Assembly (NCBI GenBank): GCA_963842945.1
Contig: CAWJIM010000020.1
Span: forward strand, 117,711 to 181,710
Origin: an uncultured Gemmatimonadales bacterium
Lineage (GTDB): Bacteria > Gemmatimonadota > Gemmatimonadetes > Gemmatimonadales > GWC2-71-9
Direction of reading: 5' to 3'
Length of the DNA: 64,000 nt
Positions 46,983 to 60,545 of this stretch are shown here, in pieces. Both the position numbers and the translations under genes were made by a program. Within the stretch, counting starts at the first letter, position 1. Each line of letters opens with the position of its first letter. The notes under the pieces were generated by a model, which saw only the letters and a program-made list of their open reading frames with translations, had not been told where the DNA came from and did not search any database.

Positions 46983-47440
46983 TGGGTGGAATTAGCGGCT
47001 TTTTTTTGAGTTGACTTCGGCGCGAGGTGATCGGGGAGGCGCTCGGCGCTGAGATCTCAAAGATGAATGCTGCCATCACTACACTGGGGCCCTGATGGGT
47101 ATGGCATATACGTGGGCGAAGGCGTCAGCTTTTAGCCACCGTCGACTCGCCATTCTCGACCTGACGGGAAGCGGGCACGGACCATGTCAATGCCGACCGC
47201 AGCCTGGTGTTGGGGTTTAGCGGCTAGATCTACAACTACTTGGAACTGATACCGAAGCCTCGTGCCGCAGGCCACGAGTTCCGCTCGCGTACGGACAGCG
47301 AGGTTATCCGGCAACGCCCATGGCTGAGTGGGGCGATGCCTAGGTTCAGCGCTTCAATGGAATGTGGGCCTTCGTCATCTGGGATTTCCGGCAAAAGCGC
47401 TTATTTGCCTCCCGGGGACCGCTTCGGCGTACGCCTTTCG
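46983..47440 (+). pseudogene. Truncated asparagine synthase (asnB-like) N-terminal remnant
   Basis: MGGISG (catalytic Cys lost), GPDG, HRRLAILDL, G*IYNY (in-frame TAG), TDSEVI, FNGMWAF..WD, DRFGV; then ends. Confidence 0.85.
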
Positions 47441-47469
47441 TGAATCTGACCTGGACTCTCGCGAACGGG

Positions 47470-48564
47470 GCCGTATCGCCCGCCGGCTGAGCGGTTCGAG
47501 GCCGATCAGCCGGTGAGCGACAGGTGTCACATTCTGCTGGTCCTCTAGATGGTGGTCGCCGATGTCAGCGATCGTGTGAAATGCCGCATCCAGTGACCGT
47601 CTCGAACTCGTTACCCCATCCCAGGAGGTATCGGGTCATGGGGTGCAGGCCATGTTACTGAGCGACCCGCCAGCCGGATTGATAATGGTGTTGCTACACT
47701 TGAACTGATTCGCCGTCTGGTTATTCGTGCCCGCCGTAAAGTTGAAGGCATACCGGGGCGAGGGCCAGTTCAGGAGGTTGCGCAGGTCCACTTGGTTGTT
47801 GGTGATGAGGTTCCCCTCCTGCGGCCCGGCTTTCGGCGCAAGAAGCCAACGGCGGAAGGCTTCCCGTACAGGAAGGGTTGTTGTCGATCACATTGAAATT
47901 GGAGTTGACCGCAATGTGGGTCACCTCCGGCCTGTGACTGATCCGAGGTGCCGGTCGCATCGAAGTGGTTACCGCGAATGATGGTTCGTGCGATCCTTCC
48001 TTGAGGTCGATGCCCTCGGCGTGGATACTGGGGCCGAACGTGTTATTCAGGATCTGATTATCGGTGTTGGTGTACTGGACTGGGGCAGTAGCGCCCGAGT
48101 TACCGACATAGATCGCTTCGCCATATTGCGGATTAACTTGGCCGCTGTGATGGAACCAGGAGTTCTTGATGATGTTGTGATGGCTCGCGTCATGGATCTT
48201 CATCAGCTCTTGACTGCTGTGGTCGATCTCCATGCTGTCGAGCACTACCCCGGTCACCGCCTGCCACCAGAAGCCGATGCCCGGCAGGTTGGTGATCCGA
48301 AATTTCTCCAAGTGGAGATAGTTCGACCCGTTCATCTGCGGCTGCCGTTGGTTCATATCGATCACCGCGCTGCTCCCGGGGCCGTCAACCGTGATCGGGT
48401 TTGCCGCCGTCCCGGCCCGGTTGAAGTTGAGCCCGAGCCCTCCAGGGCTTCCCGCAGTGACGAGGTAGGTACCTGCCGCCAGGTTGATACAGTCACCTGG
48501 CAGAGCAGCGTTCAAAGCCGTGGTGAGGCTCGTCATCGTGGAGACGTTGACCGTGCGGAGACAC
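47470..48564. repeat. Direct repeat copy A (about 1.1 kb)
   Basis: Near-identical to 49105-50198 by direct reading. Confidence 0.95.
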
Positions 48565-48952
48565 TGCGAGCCGTCCGGCGCCGGAGTCGGTGCCGTGATA
48601 GTCACCGCGGAGGTGTCGGCTAGCTGAGTCACGGTGTCGGTGGCGATCACGCGGTAGGTGCCCGCCGGGAGCCCGCGGTGTACTCCCCGGAGCTCGAGAT
48701 GAACCACCAGTCGCGGCAAAGGACGGGGAAAGCGGCCCGGAGCTTCCATCGCTCATCTTGCCCGAGGCGCTAAAATGCTGTTTTGCACCCTGTGCGACAG
48801 AGGCTGCCGCGGGACTAAGGACCAGAGACTGCGTCGAATCAGTTGAAGACCCAAGCTCGCTTGGACCGTCGGCCGCACATGACAAGGTAAACAGTAAAGC
48901 GGTGAGGACACCGGCCGCTCTGAAGCGCGCCAGTCGGCGCGAGAAAGTTCAT
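47636..48952 (-). CDS. Lipoprotein: one Ig-like domain plus right-handed beta-helix domain (frameshifted)
   Basis: 'SRRLARFR...TLSC' signal; Ig 'LSPAAASVAQG..F.ASG..SDG...ADTSAVTI'; beta-helix 'ALPGDCINLAAGTY...YGEAIYVG...AEGIDLKEGS'; ends NMACTP*. Confidence 0.8.
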
Positions 48953-49104
48953 TGTAGCTCCGTCTCTAGTCAACTCCTTATCATAGTCCAACCCGCCCGG
49001 AACGTCACCGCAGCCCTTGTATGTCAATAATATGCAGCGGCTGTGGCTTCCGGAAGTCTGAAAATGTTACGCGCCTAGCCGGATTGCTGGCTCTAGTGAA
49101 TGGC

Positions 49105-50198
49105 GCCGTATCCCCCGCCGGCTGAGCGGTTCGAGGCCGATCAGCCGGTGAGCGACAGGTGTCACATTCTGCTGGTCCTCTAGATGGTGGTCGCCGATGT
49201 CAGCGATCGTGTGAAATGCCGCATCCAGTGACCGTCTCGAACTCGTTACCCCATCCCAGGAGGTATCGGGTCATGGGGTGCAGGCCATGTTACTGAGCGA
49301 CCCGCCAGCCGGATTGATAATGGTGTTGCTACACTTGAACTGATTCGCCGTCTGGTTATTCGTGCCCGCCGTAAAGTTGAAGGCATACCGGGGCGAGGGC
49401 CAGTTCAGGAGGTTGCGCAGGTCCACTTGGTTGTTGGTGATGAGGTTCCCTCCTGCGGCCCGGCTTTCGGCGCCGAAGCCAACGCGGAAGGCTTCCCGTA
49501 CAGGAAGGTGTTGTTGTCGATCACATTGAAATTGGAGTTGACCGCAATGTGGGTCCCACCTCCGGCCTGTGACTGATCCGAGGTGCCGGTCGCATCGAAG
49601 TGGTTACCGCGAATGATGGTTCTGTGCGATCCTTCCTTGAGGTCGATGCCCTCGGCGTGGATACTGGGGCCGAACGTGTTATTCAGGATCTGATTATCGG
49701 TGTTGGTGTACTGGACTGGGGCAGTAGCGCCCGAGTTACCGACATAGATCGCTTCGCCATATTGCGGATTAACTTGGCCGCTGTGATGGAACCAGGAGTT
49801 CTTGATGATGTTGTGATGGCTCGCGTCATGGATCTTCATCAGCTCTTGACTGCTGTGGTCGATCTCCATGCTGTCGAGCACTACCCCGGTCACCGCCTGC
49901 CACCAGAAGCCGATGCCCGGCAGGTTGGTGATCCGAAATTTCTCCAAGTGGAGATAGTTCGACCCGTTCATCTGCGGCTGCCGTTGGTTCATATCGATCA
50001 CCGCGCTGCTCCCGGGGCCGCGAACCGTGATCGGGTTTGCCGCCGTCCCGGCCCGGTTGAAGTTGAGCCCGAGCCCTCCAGGGCTTCCCGCAGTGACGAG
50101 GTAGGTACCTGCCGCCAGGTTGATACAGTCACCTGGGAGCAGCGTTCAAAGCCGTGGTGAGGCTCGTCATCGTGGAGACGTTGACCGTGCGGAGACAC
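49105..50198. repeat. Direct repeat copy B (about 1.1 kb)
   Basis: Near-identical to 47470-48564. Confidence 0.95.
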
Positions 50199-51261
50199 CC
50201 GGAGCGGCGAGCGGCGGCGGCGACGGGGGATGGCGTGGTAATGGTCACGGTCGAGGTGTCCGCCTTCGTTCCGCCCTGTTCGGTTGCGATGACCTGGAAA
50301 GCCCCCGCCGACGTACCCGCCGTGTAGAGGCCGTCGATTGTGATGGTGCCGCCGGTCACGCGGTAAGTGACACTCACGGTTGTCCTGCTGCTGTCGCTCA
50401 TGCGCCCGCTTACAACTGAACTGCTGGGCGGCCCCGCCCTGAAGTGTCACGCTCGCCGGGGTCAGCACGACTGCTTCCAAAGTGGGGAGTGGAGGTTCGA
50501 TGATCACCGCGGAAGTGTCGGCCAGATTGGTTAGTGTATCAGTAGCAACTACCCGAAAGGTACCCGGCATTTGGCCCGCCTGATAGTGGCCATCGGCCGA
50601 GATCTTCCCCCCAGTCGCGGCATATCTCGCCCCAACCGCGACCGTGCTGCCGTGTTGGATTTGCCCATAGCGACGAATCGTTTGCTCGCTCCTTCGGGCA
50701 GGGAAACGCTCGTCGGGGCTAAGCGAGACGTCAACGACAGCTCGGAGGGACTCTGAGTGACGATAACCGCCGCCGTGTCGGCGACCCCATTCGAAGCCGT
50801 GGCACTAACCGCATAGGCTCCCGCGATGGTCCGGCCGTGTACTTGCCGTTCGCGTCAATCGTGCCTCCGGTCGCGCTCCAAGTCACGGAGGGCTCGGCGC
50901 TGGAGCCGTCGGAGAGTGAGGCGGTCGCAACAAAGTTCGCGGCTGATCCCCCAGCCACGGTAAGTGTTTCAGGTGCTACCCTGAGGCCTACCACGGAGCG
51001 CCAGCCCCGTCCCCGGCCCTTCCTCAAGCTGGTGGAAAAGGCTCCCGACTCTACCGTGGATGCCATGAATTGCACCCCTTGATTCGGGCTCAACAAGACT
51101 GAGCCCGGCGCGACCGATATTCCAATCGGATCGCTCGCGGGGCCGGCTTCCGGCCCGGTGGCTTCGTCACTGGTACAGGAGATGGTGAAAACAACGGCGA
51201 CGACGAGTGAGGCGTCTCTGAGCCTGGCGAGACGCCGCGAGATCTTGAACGTATAAGTCAT
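49271..51261 (-). CDS. Lipoprotein: about three Ig-like domains plus the same beta-helix domain (frameshifted)
   Basis: 'MTYTFKISRRLARLR...TISC'; repeated 'ATGGTI...G.YTAG...ADT.AV' Ig units; C-terminal domain shared with 47636-48952. Confidence 0.8.
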
Positions 51262-51987
51262 CTGGGCCTCTTCTCTAGTCAGCTCCTTGTCTTGGACCCA
51301 ACCCGCCGGAATCCCACCACCCCCCTTGGGTGACGTAATATTGGGATTAGGAGGCGTTTGCGGAAGTAAAGGTATTTGACACCCGATAATCCTCGCATGA
51401 AACACCTTGACATTATCCTCCTGCCTACAAATGAGTTAGAAGCTACGAAGCAAATGCATTGTAACAAAATTGCCGTGATTAATGTTGACATAGGTGCAAT
51501 ATCCGGCAGCCCGCTGCGATAGGGGCTGCCGAGGCGCAGGCACTTCCTGGGGGCCGTGAACGAGACCTCAGACACGGACGCCCGGCTTACGGCAAGGCGG
51601 ACGCCCTACGCGCTCTAGTCGGAGCGATTGGTTGTCCGTGCGGACCAAAAGCCAGCAGGTCTGGGTTAGTGACGCAGCTGCGCTCCGGCGGATAATTCCG
51701 GCGCGGTCCGCGGATTACGCAAACTGTTTTTATCTGGATTTCTGCGGTGAACTGAAGGCGCGATGGAATGGGGCTGGAACCAGCGCCATCTCGTTGTCGA
51801 TGCTCGCGCGAGGGTAGTGTTGCAAACCAAGCCTTTGTTGTCAAGGCACAATCTCTGTGCCACGGTGCATTTGCCGCCGACCTAGGCGAAGCCCGCTGCT
51901 GGTGGCGGTATTCCCCTCCGCAACGAGCCGACGTATCCTATCCAAAGGTGTACAGCTCCTACGATAGAGGCTCGGAGGGACGCTAGA

Positions 51988-52750
51988 TTGCGCCTACCGG
52001 CGCTGAATTCGCGCTTTATTCTCGGCACGCGAACAGACGCCACCAGCTATTCGGATGCGCCGCGCGGGTACTGGCCTGGGCCAGCATTCCGGAGTCGCGC
52101 TACGTGTGTGTCTCGAACGTCCACGTCACGATGGAGTCGTACGACTCCGCGGAGTACCGCGCGATCGTGAACGGTGCCGATCTGGTGACTCCGGACGGGA
52201 TGCCGCTGGTGTGGGCCTTGCGACTGTTCGGCGTGTCCGAGGCAACGCGCGTGTACGGGCCTACGCTAACGGTGCACGTGCTCGAGCGTGCGGCCGCGGT
52301 CGGGGCCGCGGTTGGATTCTACGGGGCGAGCGAGAGGTCCTTGCGCGCATGCTGGAGACATGCGGCAAGCGATTCCCGGGGTTGCAGCGTGGCATACGCC
52401 CACGCCCCGCCCTTTCGCCAGCTCACGGCGGAGGAGGATGAGGCGATCGTGCGCGAGATCAACAGCTCCGGGGCTCGCATATTCTCTTCGTCGGGCTGGG
52501 CTGCCCCAAGCAGGAGCGGTGGATGGCGTCGCACAAGGGAGTCGGTGAACGCGGTGATGCTCGGCGTCGGGGCCGCGTTCGATTTCCTCGCCGGAGCGAA
52601 GCCGCAGGCGCCCGGATGGATGCAGCGCGCGGGTCTCGAGTGGCTGTTCCGGCTGGCGACGGAGCCGCGGCGGCTCTGGCGGCGGTACGCGTATCACAAT
52701 CCTCGATTCGTTGCGTTGCTCGCCGGACAATATCTCAAGTCCTTGATCGT

Positions 52751-52754
<4 letters not shown>
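51988..52754 (+). CDS. WecB/TagA/CpsF family glycosyltransferase (GT26), frameshifted
   Basis: 'TPDGMPLVW', 'RVYGP', 'GVGAAFD', 'GLEWLFRLATEPRRLWRRY'. Confidence 0.9.
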
Positions 52755-54817
<2,063 letters not shown>

Positions 54818-55071
54818 GACACTCTCATCATTATAGGTGCTTGAACTCGCTTGGCGTAAAATTATCGTGCGGAGGTCAGGGGGAGATACCCCCGCCAGGA
54901 AGGAGTATACCAGTGAATTTCGAGGCTCGGCTAGCTGCCGCGGATGGCCTTCCAAACTCGAAGAAAAAGTGGAAGATTAGCCTGGGGCCCACGTTCGATG
55001 CCCGGCATATTCGTACACCGCGCTAACCATTTTGCCCGCTGGAAAACCGACTCTCTTAAGAAGGATCCCCA

Positions 55072-56788
55072 ATGCCCTTGGCGCTTGCCGGGGACCAGGT
55101 CCAGTCCTGGTCTCTCCGAAAAATCGTGGTCGTCGGTCCGGAATCGTCGGGATGCCGATGGCGGCGCTCCTGGCCCATGCATCCATCCAGGAGGGCAGCA
55201 CGGTGCCGGCAAGCGTCCTGGTGCTTCAGCGCCGATCGGAGCGGTCGGGTTGGAAGGTCGACGCCATCAACGCAGGCCATTCCTCGATCGGGGGAGTGGA
55301 GCCGGACCTGGACCGAATGGTCGCCGAGTCGGTCGCAGCGGGCGCCTCTCCGCGTCTCATGACTACGGGAGGCGAAAGAGGCGGACGTGATCCTGATCTG
55401 CGTGCAGACCGACCGGGAAGGGTACGGGCCGTCATACGGACCCCTGTTCGAGGCAATCGGTGAATTGGCCAAGGCTCTGCGAGCACGACCGCAGGGCAAC
55501 ATCCCGCTCGTGATCTTCGAGTCCACCCTCGCTCCATCCTCGATGCGTACGGTGGTTCGGGAGCGGTTCGACGATTTGGGCCTGGTGGAGGGGCGCGATC
55601 TTCTCCTCGGCAACAGCCCGAACCGCGTAATGCCGGGACGACTGGTCGAGCGGGTCGTGACTTCGGACAAGCTCGTGGCCGGCCTTCATCCGCGTGACCC
55701 CTCAGCTGATCTCTCGGCTTTACTCCCATATTGTGACGGCGGAACGCTGCACCAGACCAACAGCCTCACCGCCGAGGTAGTCAAGACCCTGGAGAACGCC
55801 TACCGGGACGTCCGGATCGCATACGCCGCCGAGATCGCCCGATACTGCGACGAACAGGACGTCGACTACTACCGGCTGCGGGACGAGGTCAACTCCCGGC
55901 TGGCTCAAACCGATGCCGCCTCGCACGACCCCAATGCCGTTCCAGCGGTGGGTCTCTCATTCCCACCCTCGGGGTCGGGGGCCATTGCCTTCCCAAGGAT
56001 GGGATCCTGCTCTGGTGGCGCGCGCTGGAGCGGGGCTTGAATGCCGGACCGAAGCCTCATTCTGGAGGCGCGACGGATCAACGATGAATCGCCCGCAGAT
56101 GCGATCCGGCTGGTGGAGCAGCAGTGGGGCGCGGTTGACGGGCGGTCCGTCGCGCTCCTGGGAGCCGCGTATCGGTTCAACTCGGAGGACACCCGGAACT
56201 CGCCGACCTTGGCGCTCGCCCAGATCCTGATGGCACGGGGCTGCCGGATCACGATCCACGATCCATATGTCAAGCCGGATGACCAGAATCTTCAGACGTT
56301 CGGTCTGACCGACTGGTTCACCAACGACGTGACGGGAGGCGGTCGCACAGGCCGAGCTGCTCGCCTTCTGCACTGCTCATCGGGATTATTTCGCGGTATG
56401 ATGCGATTCTCTCTCAGGCGCCACGAGCCTCGGTGATGACTGGATGCCTGCAACCTGTTGCCCCGGCGAGACCCGACCGGCGCTGCCTATTGCGGGATCG
56501 GACGGGGAAAGGCAATCCCCCCCGAAATCGCTCGTCGAAGCAGTCCTGGTCCGGGTTCAAGGCCGTAGAAATTGGAGTAGCCAACGAGCTTCGCTCGATC
56601 ATCGAGTTTCTCGATCGAGAGTTTACGCTGGCACCGAGTTTGAGCGAGTGGAGTTTCGCGAGGTTCAGCGCCTGGCGGCTACCTGCGGCACGGGTTGTCG
56701 GATCGTCGATCCCGGTCTAATCTCTGCGCCTCTCCCTGCACCAGGATTCTCGTCTCGGCTGGTCTCCAGAGCATTTGACCTGGACTGA
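55072..56788 (+). CDS. UDP-glucose/GDP-mannose dehydrogenase family protein (frameshifted)
   Basis: 'VVVGPGIVGMP', 'ICVQT', 'FEST', 'SPNRVMPG', 'AEVVKTLENAYRD', 'VGGHCLPKD' across a frameshift, 'DTRNSP'. Confidence 0.85.
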
Positions 56789-56830
56789 TTAGGCCGCAAG
56801 ACTAACACTGCAGATTTTCAGGACTACCAA

Positions 56831-58332
56831 GTGACAGACCCCAAGTCGATCATCTCGCAACGGCGCAGATCACACATTGCCTTGCTCGGCGTAGTCACTC
56901 TCGGTCTTCTGCTGAGGTTATGGCACCCGGGGGCTCAGAGCTTGAGCATGGATGAGATTACTGACAGTGGAATAGCCGCCCAAGCTATTCGGTCTATTGT
57001 ATTGACCCAGGATGGATTTCCCCCGCTCTATTCCCTGGTAGCACATCTGTGGCTGGAAGTCTTCAAGGATCCGGCTTCACTTAGAATCCTGTCTGTGGCA
57101 TTCGGCGTAGCGTCGATTCTTGTTGTTTGGCAACTGGGGCGGTTGGCTGGTGGAGAGCTGGTGGGTCTTCTGGCAGGGTTTCTCCTCGCGATCTCGCCCC
57201 TGCATATATCGTTCTCGCAGGAAGCTCGCTCCTACGCTCTTTATTTTCTTCTGGCGGTGCTCGGCATTTGGCTGTTCTACCGGGCGCGATTGGTCCCTCG
57301 CGCACCAAGCTGGGCGCCGTATATCATCGTGGCCGTACTCGGATTCTATACTCATTACTACTATGCAGTTCTCATCCTGACCCTGTGCCTGACCGTTGCG
57401 TTGGGACCGGAGTCATGGCGCAGTACCCGCGGCTTATTGCGGGCCCACCTGGCGGTGGTGGCGCTGGCCACACCCGGCCTCTTTCTGCTTCAGGGCGACC
57501 TAGGTTTACAGCAGGGGTTTACCCTGGCCCGACCGGAGATTGGGCTCAGCACAATAGCCTATACGGGCTTCACCTTCCTGGCGGGACTCGGCATCGGCCC
57601 GTCCTCACGCGAACTACACACACTCCATGGCAGTGAAGTAGTGCGCGAGGTGCTGCCCTGGGTACTCGTCATCGGTCCAAGCGTGTCGTACTTGCTGATG
57701 AAGGCGGTGGCGAGTCCGGGCCGGACCTCGTCAGCTGGGCGTCACTTGGCCGTTTTAACGGCGTTTCCAGTAATTCTCTGTGTGCTTATGGGAGCGGTGC
57801 TGGGGCTCGGTTTCCGTATCCGCTACGTGGTGTGGTGTGGCGCCCCACTGCTGGTGTTACTCGCTCTGGGCGCAGCGCAGAAACTCCGCTCGTGGCCAAC
57901 CCTGCTGGGCATGGCAGTGCTCGTCGTCGTCTCGGCCCTGTCGACAATCAACCGATCCACTGTCGGCCGCTACATGAACGAGGATCTGCGGGGTACCGCA
58001 TCGTTCCTGCTTCGGCCACCGACGCTACGACCCCTGTTTTCGTACTGGCTGGTTACATGGCCGAAGTCTTACGATACTACTCGGGTGAGAGGCTCAAGGT
58101 CTTTCCGCTAAAGGGCATGGACGGCTCTGCCGATTCGACCCTAGCATTACAGGAGCTTCGTCGCGTGCTCGCTCCAGGACAACGGTTCTGGCTAGTCTAT
58201 ACCCGGCCGTTCGACGGAGATTCCAGGGGCGTTTTCTTCGCATGCTACAGGCCAGAGCTGCTCTTCGGCTCCGGGCAGAGCTGCCAGGGGTTTCGATTCA
58301 CCAGGCCAGGGGCTTCTGAAGCCAAGATATGA
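56831..58332 (+). CDS. GT39/ArnT-like membrane glycosyltransferase (3' frameshift)
   Basis: 'SLSMDE', 'PPLYS', 'LRILSV', 'SQEARSY', 'YTHYY'. Confidence 0.85.
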
Positions 58333-59326
58333 AGTTCACTGCTGTCGATGAAGCTCAGGGGCCGTTGCGAACGGTGCCTGGCAAGTGTTGCATCTGTCCG
58401 CGAGAGGATGCTGGCTGGGTGGGGCGGGCAAAGATTTCGAGTACGGCACCACGCCGGAGAGCTTCGGGGTGCACCAGTGCCGGTCCTGTGGATTGGTCTA
58501 CCTGGATCCCCGGCCGGCGGTGAGTGAGCTAGGGCGCATCTACCCTTCGGAGTATCACGCCTTCAATTTCAGTCCCGCTAACTTCGGGCTCGCCTATACC
58601 GTGCGCCGGCGTCTTGAGGCACGGCGTGCGCTGAGATGGTGCCGGGGCTTGGATCCTCAGGCACGGATTCTGGACGTGGGGTGCGGTGATGGTTTTCACC
58701 TTCGCCTCCTTCGGGAGTTCGGGTCCCCAGGATGGAGGCTCGAAGGCGTTGACCCAAGTGAACAGGCGGCCAGCTCGGCGCGGCGCGCCGGCCTCACGGT
58801 GCATCAGGGGGACGTCAAGGATCTTCCGCTCACCGCCAACAGCTACGACCTGGCTCTGCTGATCGCCACGATCGAACACGTGGAGGACCCGCTCGGGGTG
58901 TTGAGCGCAATCCGCCGATTGCTCCGGCCCGGCGGACGCGTGGTGATTGTGACCGACAATACCCGGGCTCTGAGCTTCTCTCTCTTCAAACGCCGGCACT
59001 GGGGTGGGTATCATTTCCCCCGACATTGGCACCTCTTCAACCCTCTAGCTGCGCAGATGTTGGGCACCCGCGCGGCGCTGGAGCTCGAGTCCCTCCATAC
59101 TCTCCTTACACCGGTAAACTGGGTCTATTCGATACGGAACGCGTTGGTCGATCGGGGGGCACCGCCCTGGTTGTATGAGCGTTTCAGCCTGAGTTCGCCT
59201 GTATCCCTGGCGCTGTTCACCATATTCGATGGCTTACAGCAGCAGCTCGGGCGAGGTGGCCTGTTGGAGATTGTATTCCGCAAGCCGGTTGTGCCCGAAC
59301 CAGACAAGTCGCCAACGTCTCCGTAA
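58329..59326 (+). CDS. SAM methyltransferase with N-terminal Cys/Zn-ribbon (5' frameshift)
   Basis: 'CCIC', 'CRSCGLVYLDPRP', 'LDVGCGDG', 'IEHVEDP', 'PRHW'. Confidence 0.88.
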
Positions 59327-59419
59327 CGAGAGCCGCAGCGGTCGGGGCAGGCTAGGATACCCGCTCACGCTGCTCCTGATCGAGAATCGTAACAGGCTGG
59401 GAGGCCGCAGAAGAGGGAC

Positions 59420-60545
59420 TCAGCCCTTGAGACTCCAAAGCTGGTTGGGCCGTGAATAACGGATAGTCGGTGTACCCGTGTTCACCACCCTCGTAGAATG
59501 TCTCTCGATCCGGAACCGCGAGTGGAGATTGCGGGCGAAGCGATCTACCAGGTCCGGGTTCGCGATGAAGGGAGTCGCCAACGCTATGAGATCGGCCTTG
59601 ACCACCGCGAACGCTAGCTCAGCCGACGTCCTGTCGTGTCCGCCATCGACGCTAAGCCGTCCCTGAAACAGTAAACGCATTCTGCGTAGCAGCTCGCGGC
59701 TCGCAGCGGAGGCCATTGGATGACCGGGGCCGGGCTCCGCGATATGGAGGTAACCTACGTTCACGGAAGCGAGTGCTGCGGCGACATAGGATGCAGTCGA
59801 CAAGGGATTGCTATCGTGCATTGAATTGTGCGAATTGAGCGGGGAGAGACGAACACCAACTCGCTCAGGGCTCCACACGACCGCTGCCGCTTCGACTATT
59901 TCGAGAAGAAAGCGCGCACGGTTCGCAATCGGTCCGCCATAGAGGTCGGTCCTGCGGTTAGAGCCATCCCTCAGAAATTGATCGATCAGGTATCCGTTGG
60001 CGGCGTGGATATCGATTCCGTCGAACTCTGCTTCCCGCGCGAGCGAGGCGCTGCGAGCAAAGCTCTCGACTAAGCTGGGAATCTCTCGAGTCTCAAGGGC
60101 CCGCGGCGTGACGAGCTGTTGCCGACCTTGAGAGGTACAGATCATGCCTTCAGGTTGGATGGCTGTAGGAGCGACCGGAAGTACGCCTTCGGGGCTGGAT
60201 TGAGGGATGGGAAATTCGTCCAGCGTGAAATAGTTGCAGGAAAATCCGGCCGCCTTCCGCGTGTACTGCCCTCGTCACCATCCGCCAGGCGGTGACCTGC
60301 GACGGATCATGGATCCCAGGCGTACCAGGGCAACTCGCGGCCTCAGGAGCGATCTGGGCGGCTTCCGTGAGGATAAGGCCTGCCGTTGCCCGTTGCGCGT
60401 AATACGTAGCGGCCATTGCCAGCGGAATGTTCCCCGGACCCGCGCGGCTTCGAGTCATGGGCGCCATGACAATGCGGTTGGGCAGGACGTACCCACCCAA
60501 CCGGATGGGTGACAGCAGGCTCTCCACTCCTCGCTGCCAGGCCAT
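59420..60545 (-). CDS. Old-yellow-enzyme family alkene reductase (frameshifted)
   Basis: 'NRIVMAPMTRSRA', 'YYAQRA', 'HAANGYLIDQFL', 'FIANPDL'. Confidence 0.9.
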
